IMG/VR virus record: IMGVR_UViG_3300031576_000512
Location: 1 to 62,162 of that record
Strand: one strand, 5' to 3'
DNA length: 62,162 nucleotides
Source: a virus
Lineage: Duplodnaviria > Caudoviricetes
Shown here one piece after another: positions 27,435 to 37,133 of this stretch. The notes below the pieces were generated by a model, which worked only from the letters and a program-made list of their open reading frames with translations, searched no databases and had not been told where the DNA came from. Both the position numbers and the translations under genes were made by a program. Every line of letters starts with the position of its first letter. The first letter of the stretch is position 1.

Positions 27435-27760
27435 AGGGCAGCCATGCAGAATCGTCTGACATGGCTGCCTTTTCCATCATTTCAACCAGGAGGAGGGAAC
27501 GACAGGCGATACCAAGTGCGGGCGTTGTTGAAGGAATCAACCCCGCAGGGTGGCCAAAGCACTGGCCGGTTAGAGGATTCGGAGGTGCAGCAAGGACGAC
27601 GCACTTCTGGGTTTCGGAAACCACGTTGGGTCGTTAGATGCGCGTGGTGTGGAGGAGGGCGGGTGTGCTCAGAGAATACCGCTCTGTGGTCCGTGAGGCC
27701 GTATCCTCACGGTTCCTGGACTCACGGTAGGGGATCGTGAGACCCTGCGGGGTCTCTTTT
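27435..27760 (+). ncRNA. Candidate structured RNA / leader ending in a terminator
   Basis: About eight consecutive hairpins; GAGACCC-TGCG-GGGTCTC-TTTT at 27739-27760. Confidence 0.5.
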
Positions 27761-27777
27761 AAGCCATGGAGGGCGGC

Positions 27778-28221
27778 ATGACTGCACTTGGTCTCTTTGC
27801 ACAAGAACCGTATCCAGTCATCACCGTTGGCGAGATCGGCACATGGGTCATGGGCTTGGCTCTGATCCTACTGATCCTCGACCGTGCCAAGTCCCTATTC
27901 TGGCCCAGCAAGCCGATTGCTGAAGAATACATTCGCCGGGCCGAACTCGAAGAGATCAAGAACAAACTAGAGAACTTCGTCACTCGACTGGAGTTGCAGC
28001 GCCTCGAACAGCAGATCATCAATCTTGGTAATGATCATAAGGATCTTGCCAAGTCAACTCAGCTCAAGTACGACGACATGTGCAAGTCAATCAACGAGCT
28101 TCGCGTCTCGATCGAGCAAGTGCGGCGTGAAGTTCACGTTGAAATCAATGGAGCTGTGGATCGCATCATCAGTCGCATCATGGAACAATGTCACATCAGG
28201 CCGCACAGCAAGGAGGAGTAA
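27778..28221 (+). CDS. TM plus coiled-coil protein
   Basis: SD GGAGG; one TM helix then heptads. Confidence 0.7.
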   Translation: MTALGLFAQEPYPVITVGEIGTWVMGLALILLILDRAKSLFWPSKPIAEEYIRRAELEEIKNKLENFVTRLELQRLEQQIINLGNDHKDLAKSTQLKYDDMCKSINELRVSIEQVRREVHVEINGAVDRIISRIMEQCHIRPHSKEE

Positions 28222-30099
28222 ATGTGGCTCAGTCCTTTGACCGTGACCCCGGCGAAAGCGCGCGAAGCGAAGAACGCCTTCGACAAGTTGTACTTCGTCG
28301 CCAACGCGCACGTCTACATGGCCAAGGAGGGGGCTGCCCCATCTCTGGCTTACTCACTGGCGGGTCGCCTCGTGGGCAGCAAGTCGGGATGGATTGTGCT
28401 CGAAGTGCCGATGGCTCTTGTTCACGGTGCCTTCGACGCACTGCATGAGCCTGGCGTCGAGATGCCGCCTGCCTTCTCAGACTACGAAAACTACAAGGCT
28501 CACATCTCCGTCATGCGCCCAGATGAGGTTGAGCAGATCGGTGGCCTCGACAAGATCACCGAGCGAGGCCACTTCTTTCACTACACCCTTGGACCTATTC
28601 AGACTGTCGAGCCGGCTGGTTGGGCCGAGATGTCAAAGGTCTGGTTCATCAAGGTGAAGAGCCCGGAGTTGGAGAAGCTCCGTAAGTCGTATGGTCTATC
28701 AGCTCGGCCGAAGGACAACGAGTTCGACTTCCACATCACCATCGGCGTCCGCCGTAAGAATGTGCTGCGGGCCAACGACGTGGCCAAAGCAGCGGCAGAA
28801 ACCAAAACCATGCAGACAACGCCTAACTATTCCCATCGTATCGATGACTTGCACGATTACGTTGTTTCTACAGGGAAGCATCCAGATACTGGCAATTCCG
28901 TGTTCATGCACAGTGTCGTTGACGCATCTTCACGACAGACCGGTCGCCCGATTGCCTACGCAACATTTGAGACGGTGGCTAAGGGCTTGGGTGAGGTTCG
29001 TTCACTGTACGTTGATCCAAACCATCGTGGGAAAGGCCATGGCAAGTTGCTGTGGAACAAGATGCAAGAGATCCATCCAGGTATGGACTTTGTCACCCAG
29101 CCTGATCCGTTTGGTGATGAGCAGACTTCTGTTGAAGACCTTCACAAGATCTATACCTCGTATGGCTTCAAGCCGGATGCGGTTCCAGGCTGGTTGCGGC
29201 TGTCAGCTAAGCCTACTAATCTTGCTTTGCCGGCTACTGCCAAGACAGCGGACGACCTGGCCGTCTCGTCGATCTCCCTGACACCTGATGCCACCGACGA
29301 GGCGCCCAAGTCGTTTCCAGAAACCCCTCACTTTCCTGTTCTGGAAAAGAAGCCAAAACAGGAAAGTGAACCTGATCAGGGTCCAACCCTGCCGTGGGCC
29401 AGTGCAGCCTTGAAGGTGGCCGCCGATCTCAACGAGAAGCGAGGGGGAAAAACTTCGCAGAAAGTTTCCCTGCCAGTCATCGGACACTACGAAGCCAAAG
29501 GTAAGGTTGGCCGCAATGCCTTCTCATACCAGGATGTATATGACGATGCTTCCGGTGAGCACTGCGACAATTGTGCTTACTTTTGTGATGAGGAGAAGTG
29601 CTGCGAACTCTTCGAGGAGTTGAATAAGCACTTCCCATCGGTCTTTGCTCTCAAGGAAGAAGTCAAGCCGAAGGGGTACTGCAATGCCCACATCGCGCGT
29701 GGCCAACATTTTGAGGAGAAAGAAGAGACGCAGGAAGCGAAGACGAAGACGGTAGCCATCGATCTTGACGGCACCCTCGCCCACTACGATGGATGGAAGG
29801 GAGAGGATGTCATCGGCGAGATGCGGCCCGGGGCTGCTGATGTGGTCAAGTGGCTCAAGAAGAAAGGTCACAAGGTCGTCCTGTGGACAACCAGGGGCAA
29901 CACCGAGCGGTTGAAGAAGTGGCTCAAAGAGAATGACATCTCGGTAGATTACATCAATGAGAACCCGGATCAGCCACCAAACACCAGCGCCAAGATCATC
30001 GCCGAGATCTACGTCGATGATCGATCGATTGATGCACGCAAGTCGTGGCCAGAGATCAAGAAGGAGCTGGCCGAGCGTCTAGGAGATGACAATGCGTAA
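28222..30099 (+). CDS. Multidomain protein: 2H phosphoesterase, GNAT, HiPIP-like Cys domain, HAD phosphatase
   Basis: HISV/HITI; LYVDPNHRGKGHG; CDNC..F...CC...GYC; DLDGTL, WTTR, YVDD. Confidence 0.85.
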   Translation: MWLSPLTVTPAKAREAKNAFDKLYFVANAHVYMAKEGAAPSLAYSLAGRLVGSKSGWIVLEVPMALVHGAFDALHEPGVEMPPAFSDYENYKAHISVMRPDEVEQIGGLDKITERGHFFHYTLGPIQTVEPAGWAEMSKVWFIKVKSPELEKLRKSYGLSARPKDNEFDFHITIGVRRKNVLRANDVAKAAAETKTMQTTPNYSHRIDDLHDYVVSTGKHPDTGNSVFMHSVVDASSRQTGRPIAYATFETVAKGLGEVRSLYVDPNHRGKGHGKLLWNKMQEIHPGMDFVTQPDPFGDEQTSVEDLHKIYTSYGFKPDAVPGWLRLSAKPTNLALPATAKTADDLAVSSISLTPDATDEAPKSFPETPHFPVLEKKPKQESEPDQGPTLPWASAALKVAADLNEKRGGKTSQKVSLPVIGHYEAKGKVGRNAFSYQDVYDDASGEHCDNCAYFCDEEKCCELFEELNKHFPSVFALKEEVKPKGYCNAHIARGQHFEEKEETQEAKTKTVAIDLDGTLAHYDGWKGEDVIGEMRPGAADVVKWLKKKGHKVVLWTTRGNTERLKKWLKENDISVDYINENPDQPPNTSAKIIAEIYVDDRSIDARKSWPEIKKELAERLGDDNA

Positions 30100-33000
30100 G
30101 GACGCTGGTTTTATCACTGGCCCGATCAAAGTGTTGCTCACTCGTCTCGCGCGAGCTAAGTTTAGCCCACTGGGTGATTACTACGCCAATCTTGCGCGCA
30201 AGGGCATGGAAGCTGGCTATGAGGGTCGGACCGAGACCATGCTGCCATCCACTGGCGCCATGGCTTTGTCTACTCTCGGGCCAGCCACTGGCGTTCTCGA
30301 TCACATCATCGGCACCCAAGTTGGTCAAGAGTTGCGTCATGCTACTGACAAAGCCAGACAGCAGCTGGCTGTGACGCATCCCATGGCTGCTGCTGCGGTA
30401 GATCGCTATGATCCGAAGTTTCAAGACATTGCCAACCTGTTGAACCCAGTGGCCGGTGCCGTCCGTCCATTCCCTATCAGCAAGCGAAACTATCGTCGAC
30501 TCAAGCGGTTCGTTTCCTCAAAGATTGAGAACCCCGTTGCTCGTGCTGCGTTGCAATCGAGAAACCCGTTGGTTGAGCAGGCTGCCAATTATGGCATTCA
30601 GAAAGCCACCACAAGCAGTGCTCCATTGATTCGCAACATGGCACGCGCCGTGCAAGGGCCCGGGCCTAGCCCACTTGCCGAGCGTGTGGCAAGGGCGACG
30701 ATCAAGCCAGTTGCACCACATCACAATGCTGAGCTAATGTTGGCTTCAACTGGAGCATCAACTGCAGCGAATGTACTCACTGGCGCAATGAATCCATTGG
30801 GTGCTCTGACAGGTATGGCACTACCACTCGCAGAGGCTGCTCTGATTCGTAAAGCTGAACAAGGCAGAGCAGGTTCCTTGGCGAGTCTCAAAATGCGCAT
30901 GATTGGCAACATGGCTGAGCCAAAACCCGGTGTTATGCCATTTCTCGAACGTACAGGTCAACGAGTTTGGTCAGCTGTTGACCCGAATGTCGATGAGTTC
31001 TCTCGTGTTGGTGCGGACATCAACAAGACACGTCGTGCAGCTCTGCTAGCATCTCACACACTTGAACCAGAACAAGCCGCTAGATCACGGGCTGCAATCA
31101 ACCAGGCTGCGGGCGCTTTGACTGAACAAGGCTCAACGTCGACGTTTGTCAGAAATCTCGCTCAAGACTTTGCCCCAGAGATTCACACTGCAAAGAGAAT
31201 CGCAGCAGCGATCCCAGCAGCGGTAGCAGCCATGCCAAGGGTTACTGCTCGGGCGGCTGGCGCTGTCGGCAGAGCCACTTTGCCAAACCTGAATGCACCA
31301 TCGCCACAAGTGCAGCACATGCAGAACTTGCTGGCTCCTCAGCAAAGAGCTGGTTTCATCAACTTCATGGAGTCAGGGAAAACTGCCGCAGTTCGCCATC
31401 ACCTGTCGTGTGTCACTGTCCAGCGTCGAGACGGTAAGGTGAGAGTCTGCCCACACTGTCACAACGAAGTGAACGAGAAGGACATCTACCGTGATGCGAA
31501 AGGCTGGTGTTTCCATCGCCCATGTTTCACCAAGGGCAAGGGATCAATCCTCATAGACAAGGAAGGCTCAGTGCCTTTGCGGGCTCTTGCTTTGGGTAGT
31601 GCTGGTGGTGCTCTTGGCATGACAGGTAAGGTGCCTGGTATCACTCCGCTCAGAGGTGCATTGGCAGGTGCAGCTGCTGGTGCTTTGTCGGACTACATCT
31701 TTCCATCAGTCAGCTCGACGGCTGAAGATTCGCTGAGCGGACTGCCGGAAGAGCAGCGGAACCTTTTACAACGGAAGTTCAAGCACATCACAGATACGCT
31801 TGGGCGTGAAGGTGCTTTTACTGGTACTGCACACAAGCGCATCGTCGTCCCACATAGTTTCCTATCTGGTGGCGAACTGCAGAATTTGGGTTTCCTGCGT
31901 AGTAGCGTTGCTGTTCCAGAACAGGGTCAGAAAGAGTTTTCGACTTGGCGGCATCCGCACAACCTGTACCACTTTCACACGCACCCTGAACACTGGACAG
32001 TACACGAGGACGTCTTACCATCATTGGACATGCTGCGCTACAAGGCAAAACACCCAATGCAGCGCATCATCAAAGACTTGCCAAGTGGTATGGGCCACAT
32101 CTTCACCGAGGGGGTTCCGGGTTATTTCACGTACCTCAAGAATCAAGCCCAGGGCTTGTTCAAGGGTGAAGACGAAACTGAAAGTGATCCGGTGGCCGCA
32201 CAAGCGGCAGTGCAACGTGGTAAGTTGCCACGTGGCATCATTCGAGCGATTGTGAAAGAGAATCCGAATGCCATGCTTTCTGCCAAGGCTGCGTCTGAAG
32301 CACCGGTCATTCATGAGCAGCAGACCAATGATTACAACTGTGGCCCTGCTGCTCTCAAGGCAGTAGAGAACACAATGGGTGTTGGCCATCCGGATCAGAA
32401 GTCTTACCAGGTCGAATCTGGTGCCGATAGCGACAACGGTACGCCGATCACTAGCTTGGAGCAAACAGCAGCTGGTCATGGCTTGCAGGTCAACTCACAG
32501 GGCCAGATGGATTTGAACCAATTGCAAAAATCCGTACAAGCTGGCAAACCGGTGATCGTTGCCGTGCAGCTTGACGGTGAGGGTGGTGGTCCAGCTAGCG
32601 CTTGGAATTCAGGCCACTATGTTGTGGTGACTGGTATCGATAATGGCCAGATCACATTCATGGACCCTAGCTCGGAGTCGCCGGAGCGATCATGGCCGAT
32701 CGAGGAGTTCGTGAAGCGTTGGCATGACCACGACCACAAAGGCCAGGTTTACAACCAATGGGGTATGACCCTACACATGCCTGGAGAGGCCAAGCAGGCG
32801 TATAGCGGCTCGCTGGGCTCGGGAGCGACGTCTGGGCAGGCCACGAACCCTCCAAGGCTTATGGATGCCTCTGGAGCGACGCCAGCAGGCCCAGAGAATC
32901 AACCAGCGAGTGACGGCATAAAGTGCGATAATGCTCATCTGGATATGTGTGATCAGGACCCTGATCCAGCGGTCTTTGACATGAACTCCCTTGACCCTGG

Positions 33001-33184
33001 GTATCAGGATTCTGGATCTGGCGAGTCTGCGGGTCGGATGTTCAGTGCATCCAGCCCGGCACTTCAGTCTGGGCAATCTGCTCAGAATTCAGGTGCTATG
33101 TCAGCGCCAAACGTTGAAGGTCCAGCCATGCAACTTGACTCGGATACAGCTTCGACTGGACAGCCAAAGCACCTGAATGCTTAA
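30092..33184 (+). CDS. Large modular protein with a C39-like peptidase domain and K-x-[AG] linkers
   Basis: QQTNDYNCGPAAL, HYVVVTG, FMDP; CPHC...HRPC Zn module; RKDAG, GKTAA, DKEGS, AKAAS, AKQAY. Confidence 0.82.
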   Translation: MRKDAGFITGPIKVLLTRLARAKFSPLGDYYANLARKGMEAGYEGRTETMLPSTGAMALSTLGPATGVLDHIIGTQVGQELRHATDKARQQLAVTHPMAAAAVDRYDPKFQDIANLLNPVAGAVRPFPISKRNYRRLKRFVSSKIENPVARAALQSRNPLVEQAANYGIQKATTSSAPLIRNMARAVQGPGPSPLAERVARATIKPVAPHHNAELMLASTGASTAANVLTGAMNPLGALTGMALPLAEAALIRKAEQGRAGSLASLKMRMIGNMAEPKPGVMPFLERTGQRVWSAVDPNVDEFSRVGADINKTRRAALLASHTLEPEQAARSRAAINQAAGALTEQGSTSTFVRNLAQDFAPEIHTAKRIAAAIPAAVAAMPRVTARAAGAVGRATLPNLNAPSPQVQHMQNLLAPQQRAGFINFMESGKTAAVRHHLSCVTVQRRDGKVRVCPHCHNEVNEKDIYRDAKGWCFHRPCFTKGKGSILIDKEGSVPLRALALGSAGGALGMTGKVPGITPLRGALAGAAAGALSDYIFPSVSSTAEDSLSGLPEEQRNLLQRKFKHITDTLGREGAFTGTAHKRIVVPHSFLSGGELQNLGFLRSSVAVPEQGQKEFSTWRHPHNLYHFHTHPEHWTVHEDVLPSLDMLRYKAKHPMQRIIKDLPSGMGHIFTEGVPGYFTYLKNQAQGLFKGEDETESDPVAAQAAVQRGKLPRGIIRAIVKENPNAMLSAKAASEAPVIHEQQTNDYNCGPAALKAVENTMGVGHPDQKSYQVESGADSDNGTPITSLEQTAAGHGLQVNSQGQMDLNQLQKSVQAGKPVIVAVQLDGEGGGPASAWNSGHYVVVTGIDNGQITFMDPSSESPERSWPIEEFVKRWHDHDHKGQVYNQWGMTLHMPGEAKQAYSGSLGSGATSGQATNPPRLMDASGATPAGPENQPASDGIKCDNAHLDMCDQDPDPAVFDMNSLDPGYQDSGSGESAGRMFSASSPALQSGQSAQNSGAMSAPNVEGPAMQLDSDTASTGQPKHLNA

Positions 33185-33252
33185 ATAGCTCTTTCGTTTT
33201 GTTCTGCCGCCGGACGGTCTGGCGGTGTTTCTATCGTTTGGAGAATTGAACT

Positions 33253-33399
33253 ATGCCTTTCAACAAGTGTGTTGATCCTTTTGAGGCCGATAAGCCACTG
33301 GATTCATCACTGCCGCAAATCGAACCAGATCTCGATACCGAGTTGGATTTCGCCAGCATGATGGATGCGTTGTGGATCGATGTAGGCGGCGAAGGATAA
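33253..33399 (+). CDS. 48-aa acidic peptide
   Basis: SD GGAG; MPFNKCVDPFEAD...GGEG. Confidence 0.4.
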   Translation: MPFNKCVDPFEADKPLDSSLPQIEPDLDTELDFASMMDALWIDVGGEG

Positions 33400-33459
33400 T
33401 CATTCGAGCGGCCCTCCTTCTGATAAAATGAAGAGGTCAAACCAAGGAGGGTTCGTCCA

Positions 33460-34218
33460 ATGAAAATCAAACGCTATGGCTGGAAGCCAGATCATCCTGA
33501 TCATCGGGACTTCAAATATCGTGCCTCGAAGCCGGTGATCATGTCTCTGCCGCCGAAGACCGATCTTCGGCCTGGCTGCCCACCTATCGACAACCAGTTC
33601 GACTTGGGAAGCTGCACGGCGAATTCCGTTGGCGGCCTGTGTGAGTTCGTTGACAAAAAGATCGGCACCGACGAAGTCATCAAGCCGAGCCGCCTATTCA
33701 TCTACTACAACACCCGGAAGATAGAAGGTACTGTTGGCGAGGACTCCGGCGCCTATCTGCGTGACGTCATGAAGGCCATCAACCGCTGGGGCTACCCCAG
33801 TGAGGAACTATGGCCTTACGAGACCACCAAGTTCACACGCAAGCCGCCGTCGTCGGTCTATGATGCTGCCAAGCCAAGCCGCATCGAGGCGTACAGCCGT
33901 GTCGAACAGAACATCAAGCACATGAAAGCGTGCTTGGCTGAAGGTTTCCCCTTCGTCCTCGGCTTCACCGTCTACGAGAGCTTCGAGTCTGAGTCGGTGA
34001 CCAAGACTGGCATCATGACAATGCCGATGCATAGCGAAGTCGCCATGGGTGGTCATGCTGTGCTGGCAGTCGGCTACGATGATGAGCGTCAGAAGTTCAT
34101 CGTCCGCAACAGTTGGGGTGAGGAGTGGGGTGATCGTGGATACTTCTACATGCCCTACGACTACTTGATCAACGAAGATTTGGCGGCTGACTTCTGGACC
34201 ATTCGCTACGCACCGTGA
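33460..34218 (+). CDS. C1 (papain family) cysteine peptidase
   Basis: YGWKPD..D.RD, NQFDLGSCTAN, GGHAVLAVGYD, RNSWG. Confidence 0.93.
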   Translation: MKIKRYGWKPDHPDHRDFKYRASKPVIMSLPPKTDLRPGCPPIDNQFDLGSCTANSVGGLCEFVDKKIGTDEVIKPSRLFIYYNTRKIEGTVGEDSGAYLRDVMKAINRWGYPSEELWPYETTKFTRKPPSSVYDAAKPSRIEAYSRVEQNIKHMKACLAEGFPFVLGFTVYESFESESVTKTGIMTMPMHSEVAMGGHAVLAVGYDDERQKFIVRNSWGEEWGDRGYFYMPYDYLINEDLAADFWTIRYAP

Positions 34219-34238
34219 CCTGCTACACTAATCAGAGC

Positions 34239-34254
34239 GAGTACATTTTTACTG
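34239..34254. promoter_or_regulatory. AGTA-N6-TACT palindrome downstream of TGCTACACT extended -10
   Basis: GAGTA-CATTTT-TACTG before SD of ORF 34268. Confidence 0.65.
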
Positions 34255-34267
34255 GCGAGGTTTCGTC

Positions 34268-34585
34268 ATGGCCACGATCAGGTGCTTCCCGGGCGATGTC
34301 CTGAAGTTGTACGTCAACAACCGAGGCAACGATGGCAACTTTCGGCCGTCTGCAACCAAGCCGGTCTGGACGCTGTCCAGCCACGTCTTGGCCGAGTTCT
34401 TCGAGATGTCACCAGATGGCAACTCGGTGAAGATACTGGCCATTGCAATTGGTGCTCCGGTCGTCACGGCCACCACCGACGCAGGCCCGACCACGTTCAC
34501 TCTCGACATTGTGGCTCCACCAGTCTTGACGCAGGTTCCATTTGGCGACTACGAGCGTCACCCGCCACTGCGGCCAAAACCATAA
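34268..34585 (+). CDS. Ig-like small protein, paralogue 1
   Basis: G..lKL.V...PVWT.S...VTATT; similar to 34705. Confidence 0.65.
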   Translation: MATIRCFPGDVLKLYVNNRGNDGNFRPSATKPVWTLSSHVLAEFFEMSPDGNSVKILAIAIGAPVVTATTDAGPTTFTLDIVAPPVLTQVPFGDYERHPPLRPKP

Positions 34586-34704
34586 TCTCAGTTGAGCTGC
34601 TCGAATTGAATTTGGTAGAATCTGAGTGTGGTCGAGATCAGAGTCGATGGAACCTTCCCTGGAAGGAAGGTCGGCCGAGGTCAAATCCACGGAGGGTCTA
34701 ATCA

Positions 34705-35052
34705 ATGGCCATTACCATCACCACCGGGCAACAGGTCAAGCTGCACGTTGCAGCGTTGACTCCGGAAGGCAAGAAGCCGCCAGTAGTGCCGCCGGTCTGG
34801 ACCGTCAGCCATCCTTCAAAGGTGGCCCTGGCGTTCCCGCAGGGTGACGCGAACACCGTCATCGCCATCGGTCTGGATACCCAGGCTGGTGTGACTGTCA
34901 CGGCAACGTCTGGTGCTCTGCCGGCTTTCCTCTTCACGATTGATGTCTTGTCCCCAGCCGCAACCGCCCTCACTGGCAGCAACGAGCTCCCGGAGAGCCA
35001 GAACGACCTCAACCGCAATCGTGGTCGTGGTCTGGGCCTCGGCTATCTATAA
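34705..35052 (+). CDS. Ig-like small protein, paralogue 2
   Basis: GQQVKLHV...PVWTVS...VTATSG. Confidence 0.65.
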   Translation: MAITITTGQQVKLHVAALTPEGKKPPVVPPVWTVSHPSKVALAFPQGDANTVIAIGLDTQAGVTVTATSGALPAFLFTIDVLSPAATALTGSNELPESQNDLNRNRGRGLGLGYL

Positions 35053-35075
35053 GCCGGCCCGCAATTCCACTTCTT

Positions 35076-35111
35076 GCCCGGCACTTCCCCAGAAGTGCCG
35101 GGTTTCTTTTT
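35076..35111 (+). terminator. Intrinsic terminator
   Basis: GCCCGGCACTTC-CCCA-GAAGTGCCGGGT then TTCTTTTT. Confidence 0.8.
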
Positions 35112-35230
35112 CATCCACAGACTACTATGACGTCTACCATAGAGCGGTCAGAGCTTCAGCAAGGCTGGATGGTAAGATAGAATCGTTCAGGCGCTGACCA
35201 AGATCCAGTACAAGTTCAAGGACGATCACA

Positions 35231-36724
35231 ATGGTCCTGGCCAAGGAGATGTCTGACTTCTTCGGCATGCTCAAGGAAGCGGACATCCTTCCCGAGATCA
35301 ATCTGCAACCACATCAGGCCCGCTTGACTGAGGAAGCGGAAGGTCCACCTACGCGCAAGCTGCTCTACCATTCGCTCGGTTCGGGTAAGACGCTCTCAGC
35401 GCTCGGCATGTCAGAAGCCCAGCAGCAGCCGTATACAGCAGTGGCACCGGCATCCCTCCGAGCCAATTGGAAGTCGGAGATGCAGAAGTTCACTGACGCG
35501 AAGACTCCACAGCATGTCATGAGCTACAGCGAGCTAGCTCTGGGCAAACCCGTGCCCCACGAACACTCTCTCATTTTCGACGAAGCTCATCGTCTACGGA
35601 ACATGGGGACCGCTCAGACGACTCAAGCTCTGCGAGCTTCCGAGCGTGCCAAGCAAGTCGTGCTGCTCTCCGGGTCGCCAGTTGTCAATGATCCTGCTGA
35701 TCTGGCTGTCCCGACCCGTATGCTTACCGGACAGAAGATCTCACCCAAGCAGTTCCGTCAGCGCTACGTCACTGAACGTGATGTGAGCCCGGGCTTCTTC
35801 GCCAGATTACGTGGCGTGCCGATGGGTCGAGAAGAAGACATCAATAACGCCAACGAGCTGAAAGCAATGCTCAAGGGACACGTTGATTACTACGCGCCGA
35901 CCAAAACCACGGTCCCAGTCAAGCACGAGAATCATGATGTCGAGATGGGTGTCGAGCAGAGTCAGCTTTATCGAGGTATGTGGGAGAAGCTGCCTTGGCA
36001 TATCCGCTGGAAGATGAAGAATGACTTCCCCATGAACTCCGAAGAGCTGCAGCGTTCGGTTAGCTTCCTCACTGGTCCTCGGCAGGTCAGCCTGTCGCCT
36101 TATCCGTACATGCGAGAAAAGGACCCGGTGCGTGCCTTCCACATGTCGCCGAAGTTGGTGAAGGCACATGCAGAGCTGACCAAGCACTTGCAACATCCTG
36201 AGAAGAAGGCCCTTATCTTCAGCAACTACATTGATGCTGGTCTCACGCCTTATTCAGCCAAGTTGACGGCGCAAGGAGTGCCTAACGCCCTCTTCCATGG
36301 TGGGTTGAATGATTCGCAGCGAAGACAGCTTGTCGATGACTTCAACAGCAACAAGATTCGAGTGGCCCTGATCGGACCGTCGGGGAGTGAAGGTCTGTCA
36401 TTCAAAGGCACACAGCTCATCCAGTTGCTCGATCCATATTGGAATCAGACTCGGGCCAACCAGCAACAAGGTCGTGGCCTTCGATTCGACAGTCATACTG
36501 GACTGCCAGATGACTTGAAGGATGTAACTGTGCAACAATTCACGTCCAAGTTGCCTTTGGGCTTCAAGGATCGATTGCTGTCGCGAATTGGTTTTGATCG
36601 TTCCAAGCATAGCCGTGGTGCTGACGCTTACTTGGCCGAGATGGCAGTTCGTAAGCAGCGGCTCAATCAGAAGTTCCTGGATCTCCTCAAGGAGGTCGGT
36701 TCACAGAGGGAGCAAGCAGCATGA
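35231..36724 (+). CDS. SNF2-like superfamily 2 helicase/ATPase
   Basis: HSLGSGKT, FDEAHR, LSGSP, LIFSNY, SEGLS, QGRGLR. Confidence 0.9.
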   Translation: MVLAKEMSDFFGMLKEADILPEINLQPHQARLTEEAEGPPTRKLLYHSLGSGKTLSALGMSEAQQQPYTAVAPASLRANWKSEMQKFTDAKTPQHVMSYSELALGKPVPHEHSLIFDEAHRLRNMGTAQTTQALRASERAKQVVLLSGSPVVNDPADLAVPTRMLTGQKISPKQFRQRYVTERDVSPGFFARLRGVPMGREEDINNANELKAMLKGHVDYYAPTKTTVPVKHENHDVEMGVEQSQLYRGMWEKLPWHIRWKMKNDFPMNSEELQRSVSFLTGPRQVSLSPYPYMREKDPVRAFHMSPKLVKAHAELTKHLQHPEKKALIFSNYIDAGLTPYSAKLTAQGVPNALFHGGLNDSQRRQLVDDFNSNKIRVALIGPSGSEGLSFKGTQLIQLLDPYWNQTRANQQQGRGLRFDSHTGLPDDLKDVTVQQFTSKLPLGFKDRLLSRIGFDRSKHSRGADAYLAEMAVRKQRLNQKFLDLLKEVGSQREQAA

Positions 36725-37107
36725 TGATTCCAATTTGGGTCTTGTTCATTGTGGGTTTGGCTTTCGTCTCGTTACTGCTCGCCTGCGTTGATGCTTCAAC
36801 TCGAAGGCGGCAGTTAGAGGGTGAGATAGTGGGTTGGGCGAATCGACTTAGCATAGAGATGGCTACAAGCATGCGCAGAAAACTTGAGCGTGAACAATAT
36901 CGGCTTGAGGTAGCCAAGCTGCGAGAAGCAATCCGCAAACACATGAGCGAGCGTGGGCACAACAGATGCTGGCTGGATGACTTGGAGCTCTACGCTGTGC
37001 TGGACCCTAAGTTTGATAAGATGAATCTGCAGCTTCCGCCGCTACCCGAGTTCATTCACAATTGCTGTGTGTTCTGGAAGGAACGGCAACCGGAGCCGAA
37101 GCCCTAA
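36721..37107 (+). CDS. Membrane-anchored hypothetical protein
   Basis: N-terminal TM; RCWLDD.ELY motif. Confidence 0.7.
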   Translation: MMIPIWVLFIVGLAFVSLLLACVDASTRRRQLEGEIVGWANRLSIEMATSMRRKLEREQYRLEVAKLREAIRKHMSERGHNRCWLDDLELYAVLDPKFDKMNLQLPPLPEFIHNCCVFWKERQPEPKP

Positions 37108-37133
37108 TCGCTGATAGTCCAAGGAGACACGTC

